From: Nitrospinaceae bacterium
GTDB lineage: Bacteria; Nitrospinota; Nitrospinia; Nitrospinales; Nitrospinaceae
Assembly: GCA_965223665.1 (NCBI GenBank)
Contig: OZ245011.1
Coordinates: 768,001 to 832,000 of the forward strand
Length of the DNA: 64,000 bases
Reading direction: 5' to 3'
Shown: positions 19,055 through 29,980 of the stretch, piece by piece
How positions within the stretch are numbered: position 1 is the first letter of the stretch
Layout of the letters: every line of letters starts with the position of its first letter
Translations under genes and position numbers: made by a program
Notes under the pieces: generated by a model
The model's database searches: none
The model's input: the letters and a program-made list of their open reading frames with translations, nothing else
Told to the model about the DNA's origin: nothing

Positions 19055-20608
19055 ATGTTGGAACAAATAAAGCTTCCTAATTTGGATGAATTAACCCCAA
19101 AGGATTTATTGGGGAAAACCATTTTCATTCGTGTAGATTTTAATGTCCCCCTCACCAATACCGACAAAGGATACAGGGTTGCAGATGACACCAGAATCCG
19201 CCGGTTTTTAGATTTAACATTTAAGAAAATACATCAACTAACAGGCGGTAACTGTCGGATAATAATAGGTTCTCATTTGGGGCGGCCACACAAAAAAAAG
19301 GATCATTTGGGTTGGGATGGAATCTTTAATATTCAGTTTGTCTGTTCCCATTTTGATACTTTAATTCGCAAATTGTACGATGATACTTATTCAATTTTTC
19401 CTCCTGAAATAACCGATTCCCATTTAAAACATTCTTTAGAAATCTGCTCTAACCATCAATTACCTTTGGGTGGAATAAAGTTCCTCCCTAATTTACGTTA
19501 TCTTTTAGACCCAAATAACCCAGATGATTATAGAAAAGAATTTATAGAAGAATTGGGAAATCTGGCAGACGTATTTATAAATTGTGCTTTTGGATGTAGC
19601 CACCGTATTTCAAAAAGCATTCGTATGCTCCCACAATTTATGAGGCAAAAAGGTAAAATTGTTTCAGCTGGAAAATTATTGAATCAAGAGGTTACGGAAT
19701 TAGGAAGATTCGGCCATAAATTATTACAACATCCCAAAAAAACTGCCATCATTGCTGGGGGTGCCAAAATTGCCGATAAAATTGGAATTCTAAAACAATT
19801 TGTAGAATCACAAATACGGTTAATTTTTGTTGGCGGTCGAATGGTAAATGCTTTTTTACTCGCAAAAAAATTAAAGCATGTTGTCCATAATATATCATTA
19901 GAGGATATCCCCTCAATGCTTTATAAAAATAAAACTGACGATGAATGTCAGGTTATTTTAAACGAAATTAAATATGCTGATGAGATTATTAAACTTGCGG
20001 AGCAAAAGGAAGTAGATATCGTGTATCCAGACGACTATAAAATTACGCAAGATTATTCTCAAACTCACTATACGGTGAAAAATGAACCAGATTTTTCCAC
20101 AGATTTTCAGTTAGATTTAGGTCCTGAAACTATAAAAAATTACTCCAAAAATATTCTTCTAAATGGAGAAATAGATAATGTATTTTGGAATGGCCCCTTG
20201 GGAGCTTACGATCATCCTCAATCTGAAGACTATGGAGAAGGCTCAAGAGAGTTAGCTAAAGTTTTAATTCAAGAAGCGGTTAAAGATCAGGAAAAATATC
20301 ATGTGATTGGTGGAGGGGATTCTGCAGCAATTCTAAACCAATTAAAGTTTGACGACTTGAAAAATCTAATAAAAGAGCAGTTAAATCATCAATTAAATTC
20401 AGCAATAAATAAAAAATTAGTGAATATAGGGTTTACTGCTGAAGATACTTATACACTCTGCAATTATTTCACCTCTAATTTTTTCGTTTCCACTGGTGGA
20501 GGCGCTTCTCTTGAATTTTTGGAAGCCTATCTAAAAGATAGAGGGAAGTCACCGATTGCCTCCTACTTGCCTGGAACAGCAACGCTTTTGGAATTAGTTT
20601 CCCCATAA
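19055..20608 (+). CDS. pgk: Phosphoglycerate kinase (elongated, divergent)
   Basis: RVDFNVP, SHLGRP, GGAKIADKI, DLGPET, WNGPLG, GGGDS, STGGGASLEFLE; 517 aa versus about 400 typical. Confidence 0.85.
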   Translation: MLEQIKLPNLDELTPKDLLGKTIFIRVDFNVPLTNTDKGYRVADDTRIRRFLDLTFKKIHQLTGGNCRIIIGSHLGRPHKKKDHLGWDGIFNIQFVCSHFDTLIRKLYDDTYSIFPPEITDSHLKHSLEICSNHQLPLGGIKFLPNLRYLLDPNNPDDYRKEFIEELGNLADVFINCAFGCSHRISKSIRMLPQFMRQKGKIVSAGKLLNQEVTELGRFGHKLLQHPKKTAIIAGGAKIADKIGILKQFVESQIRLIFVGGRMVNAFLLAKKLKHVVHNISLEDIPSMLYKNKTDDECQVILNEIKYADEIIKLAEQKEVDIVYPDDYKITQDYSQTHYTVKNEPDFSTDFQLDLGPETIKNYSKNILLNGEIDNVFWNGPLGAYDHPQSEDYGEGSRELAKVLIQEAVKDQEKYHVIGGGDSAAILNQLKFDDLKNLIKEQLNHQLNSAINKKLVNIGFTAEDTYTLCNYFTSNFFVSTGGGASLEFLEAYLKDRGKSPIASYLPGTATLLELVSP

Positions 20609-22320
20609 GATAATTCATTTTCTTTTTTTGAAAAATCTCGAATCAATATAAGTAGTATCTTTTTCAATAGTGCTAATTCTTCCAAAAATTCTAAATATAC
20701 TTTTTTAGTCAATTCAGCGAGTTTCAAGACATCATCACCTAAAAAATTTTCCTTTCTCTTATTAAACATATCACAAATTGGTTTGACTTCAGGACATGTC
20801 ATTCCTACCAGGTTTATTTCATCATCTATTTTGCTAAGAAAAGCTACAACCCTGCCTAGTTTTTCTTGATTCAAATTAATCTCTGAAAACAATAATCTTA
20901 TTTTTTTTGTTTGTTCAATTCCAGAATGACCTAGTGCCTCCAATTTTTCCAAATATTTGATCTTATTATTAATTAATTCAATTAATAAAGAAGCATCTTG
21001 GATAATATAATTGTCCATCAAATTTTTTTGAATTTCCGGAATCTGTTTATCAAAATTGACTAAATTCGCATTGTTTAATCTAGTTTTCCATATAAAACGG
21101 TAGGATTCAGCAAATATGTCTTTTAATGAAATTGAGTGCTGAATTAATGGAATTAATTTTAAATAATTTTCGGAATCAAATTCCGTTTTAAAAATTTGCA
21201 CTTCCTCAATAGGTTCCATTTTTCCAGGATATCTCCATTTCCCAGTTTTCCATTGATTCTCTAACAACCCATATACTAATTCAGGTTTCACTTTATGAAC
21301 GCAAACCACATCATGACAGCTCACTCCATAACTACAGGGAGCACAATCGATTTTAGCTTGAAAAATAATATTTCCTTCTTTATAAGGTGCGGTTTCATAA
21401 GGATGAGCATGCGCAAAAAACAAACCAATAATTCGAATGTTTAAAGCCGCCGCAATATGCATTGTTCCCGTATCATTAGTAATTAAATATTGGCAATGTT
21501 TGAGAGCCCCAATTAACTCTGAATAATTTGTTTTACCTGTGAGATCCAAAACTTGCTGTGTATTCTCTATTCTAGAATAAATTTCATTTGCAACTTTTGA
21601 CTCTGAAGCCACACCGAATAAAATCACAAATGCATCTAATTCATTAATTAATTTGTTGGAAAGTTTTGCAAAATTTTCAGTAGGCCATCTTCGTCCCTCA
21701 AGACTGGAACCAGCCTGAATTCCAACAATTAAAGAATTCTTTTTACTGTTTAATTTTTGAAACCATTTTTCTACATTTTTCATGTCTTCATCTTTTTCTA
21801 TTATCTCTATTCCCTTTGGACCTGGTTCAACATCACCACCACGAGAGAATATATCAACCAAATTAAATGAATTATAATCGCGATTAAATGGTTCAATAAA
21901 AAAATACTGAAGCCATGGATGATAAGTCATTCTTTCACCTTCATCATTGCATAAGAAGCCACGAACGTTTTTCGATCCTAAGTATTGGATCATTAGAGCA
22001 CTAAGTTTGGAGTGACTGAGATTTATGACCAAATCATAATCCTTACCTTTTAAATCTTCTAAAAATTTTTCTAAATAACGGTATAGTTCCACCCAAGTTG
22101 TATTGGGATTTTCTTTAAATTGCTTTAAATTGAACACTATGCGTTCATCAATATTGGGAATTCTTTCAGAAAATTCATTAAACTCTTTGGTTACAATTAA
22201 AGAAATTTTTGAACCTGGGTACTTTAACCTTAATCCTGAAATAAGTGGAGTGGATTGAACCAAGTCTCCCATCCGAGTCATATTAAAAACCAATATATTT
22301 TTTATTGAATTCATAATCAT
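20563..22320 (-). CDS. Glycosyltransferase family 9 with helical C-terminal extension
   Basis: RMGDLVQSTP, R(R)WP, DLTGKT, TNDTGTMHIAAAL, CAPC...C. Confidence 0.88.
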   Translation of the reverse strand: MIMNSIKNILVFNMTRMGDLVQSTPLISGLRLKYPGSKISLIVTKEFNEFSERIPNIDERIVFNLKQFKENPNTTWVELYRYLEKFLEDLKGKDYDLVINLSHSKLSALMIQYLGSKNVRGFLCNDEGERMTYHPWLQYFFIEPFNRDYNSFNLVDIFSRGGDVEPGPKGIEIIEKDEDMKNVEKWFQKLNSKKNSLIVGIQAGSSLEGRRWPTENFAKLSNKLINELDAFVILFGVASESKVANEIYSRIENTQQVLDLTGKTNYSELIGALKHCQYLITNDTGTMHIAAALNIRIIGLFFAHAHPYETAPYKEGNIIFQAKIDCAPCSYGVSCHDVVCVHKVKPELVYGLLENQWKTGKWRYPGKMEPIEEVQIFKTEFDSENYLKLIPLIQHSISLKDIFAESYRFIWKTRLNNANLVNFDKQIPEIQKNLMDNYIIQDASLLIELINNKIKYLEKLEALGHSGIEQTKKIRLLFSEINLNQEKLGRVVAFLSKIDDEINLVGMTCPEVKPICDMFNKRKENFLGDDVLKLAELTKKVYLEFLEELALLKKILLILIRDFSKKENELSYGETNSKSVAVPGK

Positions 22321-24101
22321 CCCGCGGTAACTTGGTCTAACATCAAAATTAGTAATTCATTTTGCGTAAGCTTGCCTTCTCCGTTTTTTATATCTTCAGC
22401 TATTTCTTTAATAGAAATATCTGAGTTCCTTCTATATGTAGCCAAATAGTGTCCTAAAACCGTTTCTTTCCCTGCTTCTTCTATGGCCAATTCAATTGAT
22501 GATTTACGTTTTTTGATTCCATTAAAATATTGAGAGGGTAAATTCAGTAAAACTTGAAGCATAAATTCCTTCATTCTATGCTCCATAGTATGTTCCCGCA
22601 AAACACGCTCTCGCGATTTCTTCGATACCTCCTCCATTAAAAATGGATTTTTTAAATAAAATTCTATTTTACTTCGCAGTTCGTCTAGATTAGAAAATGT
22701 AATAATTTCTTCGCCGGGCAAAAATAAGTCATCCAATTCATGCCGTTTATCGACAAGTTGAAAAGCTTTACAAGCTGCAATTTCAAAAGTGCGTGGATTA
22801 ATAAAATCACCATTTGGGTTAACACTCTCATGATAATTTGAGGAATGGAGATTAATGTTGATTTGGCCATAATTATAAATTTTCACGCATTCTTCATTCG
22901 AAACACGTTCTCCGTTTTTTTGTAGATGATTTTCAAAAACAGGATTGCCATTCCAACCTGTACCCCAAATTTTTAATTTAAAATCAAGTAAACGTTGGAA
23001 TGATTGAATACGGTTATAATAAGCCGCTCCCATAAAAGAAACTTCAGCTCCATATTTCTCCTTATCTTCCCGGTTTTCCTCAAGAGGTTTATGATATTCA
23101 GGCCAACAACCCTGCGGCAGATAATAAGGAACCGTATTATAATTTTGAAGTTGGTCAAGGAACTCCCCTTGTTGGATGGTAAAGAAGAAATCATAGGATC
23201 CAGCTACATCTTTCCAATATGTTAAATTTTTAAAATCTTCTACAAACCAAAAACCTATTGGCTTTTTCAGTTTTTTCAAACGTTGGATACCCTTAGCGCT
23301 TAAGGGAGCTTGGGCCATAGCCAGAATAATGTCTGGTACAAATTCGACGGTTTTTGCGACTATGACTTCCTCCATTAAATTCATAAAATGGGTTGACAGT
23401 ATATTGGAATTATTTTGGTCTTTGGTTACCTCCTTTAGTCCAAAAAAACTGTCTTTAAAATTTTGGCACTCTACCGTCTCAACCTGATGTCCAAGATTTT
23501 TTAATGCTCCGGCAGCATATTCTGCTGTTGGCAATGAACCGCCATAAATGGGATTAATGACCAATATTTTTAAAGAGTTCTCTTTAATGAAATTATTTAA
23601 ATCTATCCCTTTACAAAATAATTCATAATAGGATTTAGAAATTTGAGCTGAAGATGGATGAACAATAACTCTTCCAAATTGATCGGAATGGCGGGCTAAT
23701 ATTTTTGGAACAGGTTCATCAACAATAAAATAAACACGATCCATAAATGCCGTTATGTCGATTTGCTCCAAAAAAACTTTAAAAATTTCTAATCTAGGTT
23801 CAATTACATATAAACTTTTAGAGAATTTTTTCAAAATATACAAAACATGATAACCCAGGCCCAATCCAAAAATAACCGGAGGTTTAACTTTGTCGAAATT
23901 TTGTAGTTCTGCAAATTTGTAAGCTTCTTTTTCCGGATCATAATTGCTATGAATTAATATTGATTCATATTTTAAATTGGGTGCTCCGGATTTTGCTCTA
24001 ATTTTTTCGACATTTTCAGACACCTCAATATTCAGAACCCTTTTTGCTAAAGCTGGGAACCGTACTTTAAGTTTTTCAATATTGGAATTAAATAAGGACA
24101 T
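22317..24101 (-). CDS. Maf-like N-terminal domain fused to a CgeB/Glyco_trans_1_2-type glycosyltransferase
   Basis: IHSNYDPEKEA...FGLGLGYH...VIEP (Maf N-terminus); FMGAAY..R, NLH, NPRTFEIAAC, EHTMEHR (CgeB-like). Confidence 0.78.
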   Translation of the reverse strand: MSLFNSNIEKLKVRFPALAKRVLNIEVSENVEKIRAKSGAPNLKYESILIHSNYDPEKEAYKFAELQNFDKVKPPVIFGLGLGYHVLYILKKFSKSLYVIEPRLEIFKVFLEQIDITAFMDRVYFIVDEPVPKILARHSDQFGRVIVHPSSAQISKSYYELFCKGIDLNNFIKENSLKILVINPIYGGSLPTAEYAAGALKNLGHQVETVECQNFKDSFFGLKEVTKDQNNSNILSTHFMNLMEEVIVAKTVEFVPDIILAMAQAPLSAKGIQRLKKLKKPIGFWFVEDFKNLTYWKDVAGSYDFFFTIQQGEFLDQLQNYNTVPYYLPQGCWPEYHKPLEENREDKEKYGAEVSFMGAAYYNRIQSFQRLLDFKLKIWGTGWNGNPVFENHLQKNGERVSNEECVKIYNYGQININLHSSNYHESVNPNGDFINPRTFEIAACKAFQLVDKRHELDDLFLPGEEIITFSNLDELRSKIEFYLKNPFLMEEVSKKSRERVLREHTMEHRMKEFMLQVLLNLPSQYFNGIKKRKSSIELAIEEAGKETVLGHYLATYRRNSDISIKEIAEDIKNGEGKLTQNELLILMLDQVTAG

Positions 24102-24106
24102 AGTTT

Positions 24107-27100
24107 TTAGGAAGGCACCACTTGTTCGTCAACAACCTTTAAAAATTCAAGAGAATCTTTATGCTTGGAATCAAAAATTAAAATGCGATTCAAAGTTTCT
24201 CGTGTCTCTTCTAATAGACCTTGCTTAAATTGAACACCCGCCAAGCCGAATAACATATTTAAATTTGCAGGGTGTAATTCCAAATATTGCTTAAGAAACC
24301 CTGTTATCTCTTCAAATTGATCCAGTTTATAAGAGATTTGAAGCAAACATGTTAAGGCTGGACTGTTTTCAATATTGTTTTCTAATGATTGAACAAAGTA
24401 CTCTTTTGATTTTTCCATATTCTCTTTTTGAAATTCAATCATTCCCAATCCACACATTGCTTTATCATCAGAAATGTTCACTTGTAAGGCATTTTGATAA
24501 TAATTTTCAGCTTTTTCAAACTCTTGTTTTTGGAAAAAGCAGGAACCTAAACCCACCATAGCCCTATTACTATTGGGATCAATTTTTATTGCTTTTTCAT
24601 AACAGTCTTTGGCCAGACTCCAATTTTGATATCTAAAATAACCCTTTCCTTGTCCTAACCAACTTTCTAAACATTCTGGATATTGCTGACTTATAGATTC
24701 ATAAATTTTTAAGGCTTCTTCATAATTTTCTTCAATTTCCATGGCCTTAGCTTTTTGTATTTCATTATTCAAGTTTTCAGAATTCGATATTTTATTAACA
24801 TTCTTTAGAGTTGTTTTATTATTTGAAACTGGTTGGGCTAGAATTTTGTATTGAAACACAAAGAATTGCTTCAATTCCTCAGGGTTCAATTCAGAAATTG
24901 TCATTCTGCCAATTTTAAGAGAAGAAACCTTTTGTTTTTCCAAATCCGCATACTGTGGAGCTAAGGTTTCATCAACTGCCACTATTCCCAATCCAGCATC
25001 TTTAAAAAGTTTTTTTATTTCTTTTAAAGTAAAAAATCTCAAATGAGTTCTATCTAGAATTCCTTCATCCTGGTAGGTCCAGTTTCCTTCTATCAGATGA
25101 TTAATCAATCCGAAATACTGAACATTAGGAATACTGGCAATCACCGATCCATTTGGCTTTAAATACTTTAAAGATTTTTTTAATGCGGACAATGGGTTAA
25201 CTAAATGTTCCAAGACATCAGCAAATAAAAGGCAATCAAAACTATGTTCAATAAAAGGTAAATCAATATCTTCTATATTTCCCTCTATAACCTCGTCTAG
25301 AACTTGGGATGCCTCTTTAACAGCTTCTGGATTTAACTCTATCCCTGCCACAAAACACTTGTTATTGTTTTTTAAATACTCACCTGTCTTTCCAGCACCA
25401 CAACCAATTTCCAATACTGTTTTCACATTTTCTGGAATCAAGGGCAAAAGATCTTCACGAACATGATGATAATAGTCTTTGGTTGCTTGTTTCAAAGAAT
25501 ATTCTTTCTTGTCTTGTTCAAGATGATTATTAAGATAGTCAATAATGGATTGAACTCTGTGTGCATAGGTATGTTTGTTTAAAACCTCTTGCCGGCCACA
25601 CTCCGAAATTTCTTTAATCTTATTCGACTGATTTAAATAGTATTGGATTTTATCAATCAGGTTATCATCCTGATAAATAACCAGATGCTTTTCGTTTTCA
25701 AATAACTCTTCTAATCCACTATTTAAGGCCGGGTCAGTAACCAATAAACTGCCTGAGCACAATGCCTCGAATACCCTCATGTTTAAATCATAATTTATAG
25801 AATTATTAAAAACAATTTGAGATTGACAAAAAACACGGGTCATCTCGTCCATAAACTTTCTATCTACATGAAGGTCAAAGTGGTCCTCAATATTTTTCAG
25901 AAGTTGTTTTCTGCGAATATGGTTATCGGTGATACTGCCTACAAATCCAACTTCATAAATTTTTTCCACATTCTGCTTCCCGTGAATTTCAGGATCACAA
26001 GCCAAGGGCAACCATTCTACATGCTTCATTCCATTTTTCTTAAACTCTGGAATATATTCTTTTTGAGCTAAAAATATAAAATCGAAATTTTTGGCAATAT
26101 TGATATGTTTTTCCAAATGGATATGTGTATCAATTAAATAACAAACCTTGGGAAAATTAAATTTACCTAAATCTGGAGGGATCTCACTCAAACCAGTTTC
26201 AATAAAAAAATAAAAATCTGGATTCCAATTCTCTACCAGCTGGTCAATTACATCCTCAAGATTTCCGTTGGACGGACGGAATATATCTTGCGGTTCAATG
26301 GGCCAATTCAATTCCTTTAAATCCCAACGTCTAATTATTTCATGAGTAATCATTGCACCACAAGTAACTACATTATGAGATTTCTCTAAAGCGCGGTGCA
26401 TATAATAGGCAGTTGTTGCGGGGTGAGCTACATAGTCGAGTAAAATATTTTTTTTCTTCTTATTTTTGAATGGAAGGTTTGTTTTTCCCGTTTGGATTCC
26501 CAAGTCATCCAAAAAATTAACCAAGGTGGATTCAATCAATTTTTGCCATTTATTTAGAAATTTTTCTAATCCAAATTTTTGTTGAACCGTTTCTCTCGCT
26601 TTTTGCCCCATTTCCTTTGCCAATTCGGGCAATTCTAATAACTCTCTTAAATGCCCTCGCAATTTTTCGATATCATCCGAAATATATCCATTAACTCCGT
26701 TTACAATTGGGGAAGTAGAGTTTGCAATTGAAATTACCGGCATACCCGTAGCCATCGCTTCCAATAAAGACAAATTGTAACCATCTTCATATTGATCAGG
26801 AGACGTATTTAGGTAAACTCTACATTTTCGGTAATGATTTAATAGGTCTGCAAATCCCCGTGAGATTTGACTTGATTCTAAAGTAGGATTCAGCCCTAGC
26901 GTTTTAGAGGGAAATCCTTTTAATAAACTTTCACTAATTGTGTATCCTCTTGCAAGATCCATTTCCTTTAATAAATTTCCAACTCTAAGTATTGAAGCGT
27001 TTTCTCCTGTATAACCCTCAAACTCTTTTAAATCAATTCCATGGTGGATAACTTGACCTTCCAGGTTCCAGTCTTTTAATTTTGACTCCGAGATAAACAC

Positions 27101-27477
27101 TTTAGAAACGTCTTGTAAAAAGGGAGCCAATTTTCTAAATATTCATTACGATCAATAGGATTTTTGCTAAGTGCTATTTCAGTTGAAAGCCGACAATGAA
27201 ATACACATATTTTTGGCAAATTAGCATTTTGGAAGGCTATTAAATCTTTTATATTGTGAGCAATTAACAAATCGTACTGGTTATCAAATACCCCCTGGTG
27301 GGCTTCTGCTAAAGAAATTAATTTACAATTTTTGGGAACATCTCGCATATTACGATCCCACTCTCTAAATCTCTCTGAAGCGATTTCCGGAGAAGCAACA
27401 TAAAATTGGTAACCCAATTTTGAAAGATTGCATATATAGGGTTCATGCCAATTGAATGTTAAGATTTTTAGTTTCAT
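24107..27477 (-). pseudogene. Multidomain glycosyltransferase (GT4-like + Glyco_trans_1_2 + SAM methyltransferase + TPR), frameshifted as sequenced
   Basis: ORFs 27076-27477 and 24107-27130 join into 1123 aa if one A is added to the run at 27131-27134 (YLE-K-LAPFLQD). Motifs: SLLEAMATGMP, LNMRVFEAL, LEIGCGAG, DVLEHL, GILDRTHLRFFT, TPRs. Confidence 0.8.
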
Positions 27478-27713
27478 TTAATGCGGCTCCTTCAGCAATA
27501 AAGATGTATTACCCATTCTTTATCTTAGCGGATTTGCTGAAAAGACCCTTTAACGCTAAAATGCTTAATTTTCCAAGGGTTATAAAATTTTTTCTGATAA
27601 TTTTCTGGTTTTTTTATTATTTGCAAAAATTTTGTAACTTATTACCTGTAGAAACATCAAAAGGGTTAACATTCATTAAATAAAAACCTTTAATAAATTA
27701 GCAAAAATAAAAA

Positions 27714-28412
27714 ATGGAATTTCAAAAACCCGATTTAAATTCAAAGAAAATCAAATCCCGAGAAGCTATGATTCGTTATAAGCAAGCCATGCAATCCAAA
27801 CAGCCGTGGTCGGGTGAAGTTCCCATGGGGGAAGGACCGCTTAATAGAGATGGTATGCCTAAAATACCGCCGGGGCAAAAAGCTACGGAACGCTGGCCAG
27901 TTTTAGATTTGGGAGTTCAACCTGAAATACCAAAAGATATGTGGAATCTCACCGTGTCTGGATTAGTGGAAAACCCGGAAACCTTTACCTGGAAACAGTT
28001 TTTAGAATTTCCCCAAATCGAGGACGTATCCGATTTTCATTGTGTAACCACTTGGAGTAAATTAGATAACCACTGGGTAGGGGTTCGTTTTTCAGACATT
28101 GCTAATGAATGTGTTGTAAAACCTGAAGCCAAGTTTATTTATATCAAAGCCTATGACGGTTATTCCACAAACCTTCCCTTAGAAGAAGCTATGAAATATG
28201 ACGTCTTATTGGTTCATATGTGGGAAAACGAGCCCCTTACCAAGGAACATGGGGGACCAGTGAGAATGATCACCCCACAATTATATGCCTGGAAAGGGGC
28301 TAAATGGGTTGGTGAAATAGTATTCCGAGAAAAAGACGAACTCGGATTTTGGGAGCAACGCGGATATTCCAATACCGCAGAACCTTGGCTTGAAGATCGG
28401 TATTCCAGATAA
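27714..28412 (+). CDS. Molybdopterin-dependent sulfite-oxidase-like protein (YuiH/MsrP family)
   Basis: PPGQ, WPVL, DFHCVTTWS (Mo-ligand Cys), EHGGPVR, YAWKGAKW, GFWEQRGY. No Tat signal seen. Confidence 0.88.
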   Translation: MEFQKPDLNSKKIKSREAMIRYKQAMQSKQPWSGEVPMGEGPLNRDGMPKIPPGQKATERWPVLDLGVQPEIPKDMWNLTVSGLVENPETFTWKQFLEFPQIEDVSDFHCVTTWSKLDNHWVGVRFSDIANECVVKPEAKFIYIKAYDGYSTNLPLEEAMKYDVLLVHMWENEPLTKEHGGPVRMITPQLYAWKGAKWVGEIVFREKDELGFWEQRGYSNTAEPWLEDRYSR

Positions 28413-28428
28413 TAGTTACTATTTAAAA

Positions 28429-29163
28429 TCAAGTCAAACGGAGAGTTTTTAATTTGGTAAGACTTTCCGATTTAAGAAGCTCATCGACACCTTTATCCCC
28501 TATAAAAGTATCAAACATTAGTAGGGTTTCAATATTGGTCAAAGTTTTGGTATTCGCTAAATAATGAGCCGCATCATATCTTAAAACATTCCTCGCCAGG
28601 TTAAGGTGCTTTACTTTTTTAAATACCTTGGACTTCGCTAATATTTTTATTCCTTTATCTGTCACCTTTGTTCGATAAATATTTAACTTACGCACATGAG
28701 CAAAGCCCGGGTGTTTTGCCATAGCAATTAACGTGGCATCTCCCGTAGGATTGTCTTGAAGAATTAAAATTTGTAGTTTCTTGAATTGCCCCTGAGCCAA
28801 TGCTAATCCACCGTCCTCTTCTATATTATTAAAACGAAGGTCTAAATTTACCAGTTGGGGTGCAAAGTTGGCATGTGAAAGTGCAATGGCCCCTTTATCC
28901 CCAATATTATTTTCTCCAAGATAAAGACGCTTCAATTTTGGAAATCGATTAGATTCGGTAAGAACAGGCAATCCCTTTTTAGTTAATTGATTTCGAGTTA
29001 GATCTAAGTTCTCTACCTCTTCCAAAGGTCTTTCCACTTGCATTAAAGCTTCCAGTCCTTCGTCTCCAATAAATTTGGCCTTCAATTCAAGAGATTCCCC
29101 ATCTTCAGATAAGCATTCATCAAAAAGACGATTAATATAATCTAATTTAGTTCTGGTGATCAT
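28429..29163 (-). CDS. Leucine-rich repeat protein (RI-like)
   Basis: Repeats LKRLYLGENNIGDKGA, LVNLDLRFNNIEEDGG, IETLLMFDTFIGDKGV. Confidence 0.85.
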   Translation of the reverse strand: MITRTKLDYINRLFDECLSEDGESLELKAKFIGDEGLEALMQVERPLEEVENLDLTRNQLTKKGLPVLTESNRFPKLKRLYLGENNIGDKGAIALSHANFAPQLVNLDLRFNNIEEDGGLALAQGQFKKLQILILQDNPTGDATLIAMAKHPGFAHVRKLNIYRTKVTDKGIKILAKSKVFKKVKHLNLARNVLRYDAAHYLANTKTLTNIETLLMFDTFIGDKGVDELLKSESLTKLKTLRLT

Positions 29164-29191
29164 TTGCTAAGGTTATTAATATGATTTCCAA

Positions 29192-29965
29192 CTATTTCAA
29201 ATTTATGACACATCTAAACCCAATATCACTAAAACTTCTTGAAAATGGATAACTCCAATCTCTATATCCTGTCCGCATTGCAATAATACTGTCAGACCAA
29301 GCCCCTCCTCTCCGGACTTTCATGACTCCTCTTTTTGGACCCCGTGGATTATACATTACTTCCATTGAATAGTATTGCGGAGAATACCAATCTGCAACCC
29401 ATTCCCAAAGGTTTCCAGCCATATCATAAAGTCCATATTTATTTGGGGGGTAACTTCCAACTGGGAGCGGACCTTCTTTCAATTGAAAACCACCTCGAGC
29501 CAGTTTTTTTTCCGAATCAAATTCTTTTCCCCAGGGGAAATCGCAACCCGTATCTCCTCCCGCGGCTTTTTCCCATTGAGCTTCACTCGGTAAAGATTTT
29601 CCAATTAAATGGCAATAATCTGCCGCCTCATACCAGGTAATTTTGGAAACAGGACAATCGTCGCAATGTGAAAGTTTACTTCGTCTCAATTTATGATCGG
29701 GCATTATTTTTTCAAGTTCCTTATTGGTCACTTCATATTTATCAATCATGAAAGAATTTAGATAAACTTCATGTGCAGGGGCTCCATGTTGAGGTCCAAA
29801 TTTGTCGCACCCCCGCTTAAATTTTCCAGCAGGAATAAGAACCATATTTTTTGTAATGTCTAAATTTTTGGGTTGAATGGAGGAAGCTTGAGACCACGCT
29901 ATGGTGGACCCCATAATAAAAAAAGAAAAGACGAGCACCAGATGCTTGTCTTTAAATGGTATCAC
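29192..29965 (-). CDS. Exported FGE-sulfatase/SUMF1-domain protein
   Basis: Signal peptide; KYEVTN, LPSEAQWEKAA, PNKYGLYDMAGNLWEW, RGGAW, GFRC. Confidence 0.88.
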   Translation of the reverse strand: MIPFKDKHLVLVFSFFIMGSTIAWSQASSIQPKNLDITKNMVLIPAGKFKRGCDKFGPQHGAPAHEVYLNSFMIDKYEVTNKELEKIMPDHKLRRSKLSHCDDCPVSKITWYEAADYCHLIGKSLPSEAQWEKAAGGDTGCDFPWGKEFDSEKKLARGGFQLKEGPLPVGSYPPNKYGLYDMAGNLWEWVADWYSPQYYSMEVMYNPRGPKRGVMKVRRGGAWSDSIIAMRTGYRDWSYPFSRSFSDIGFRCVINLK

Positions 29966-29980
29966 CAGGAACCTTTCCTT

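Noticed and set aside
20563..20608. Convergent 3' overlaps (pgk/GT9 46 nt; larB/SDR 23 nt) as antisense regulation
   Set aside because: Short convergent overlaps are common in compact genomes; no further evidence.
27456..27683. 75-aa ORF in the divergent region between the GT cluster and the Mo-enzyme gene
   Set aside because: Low-complexity F/K/L sequence overlapping a real start codon; most likely promoter DNA.
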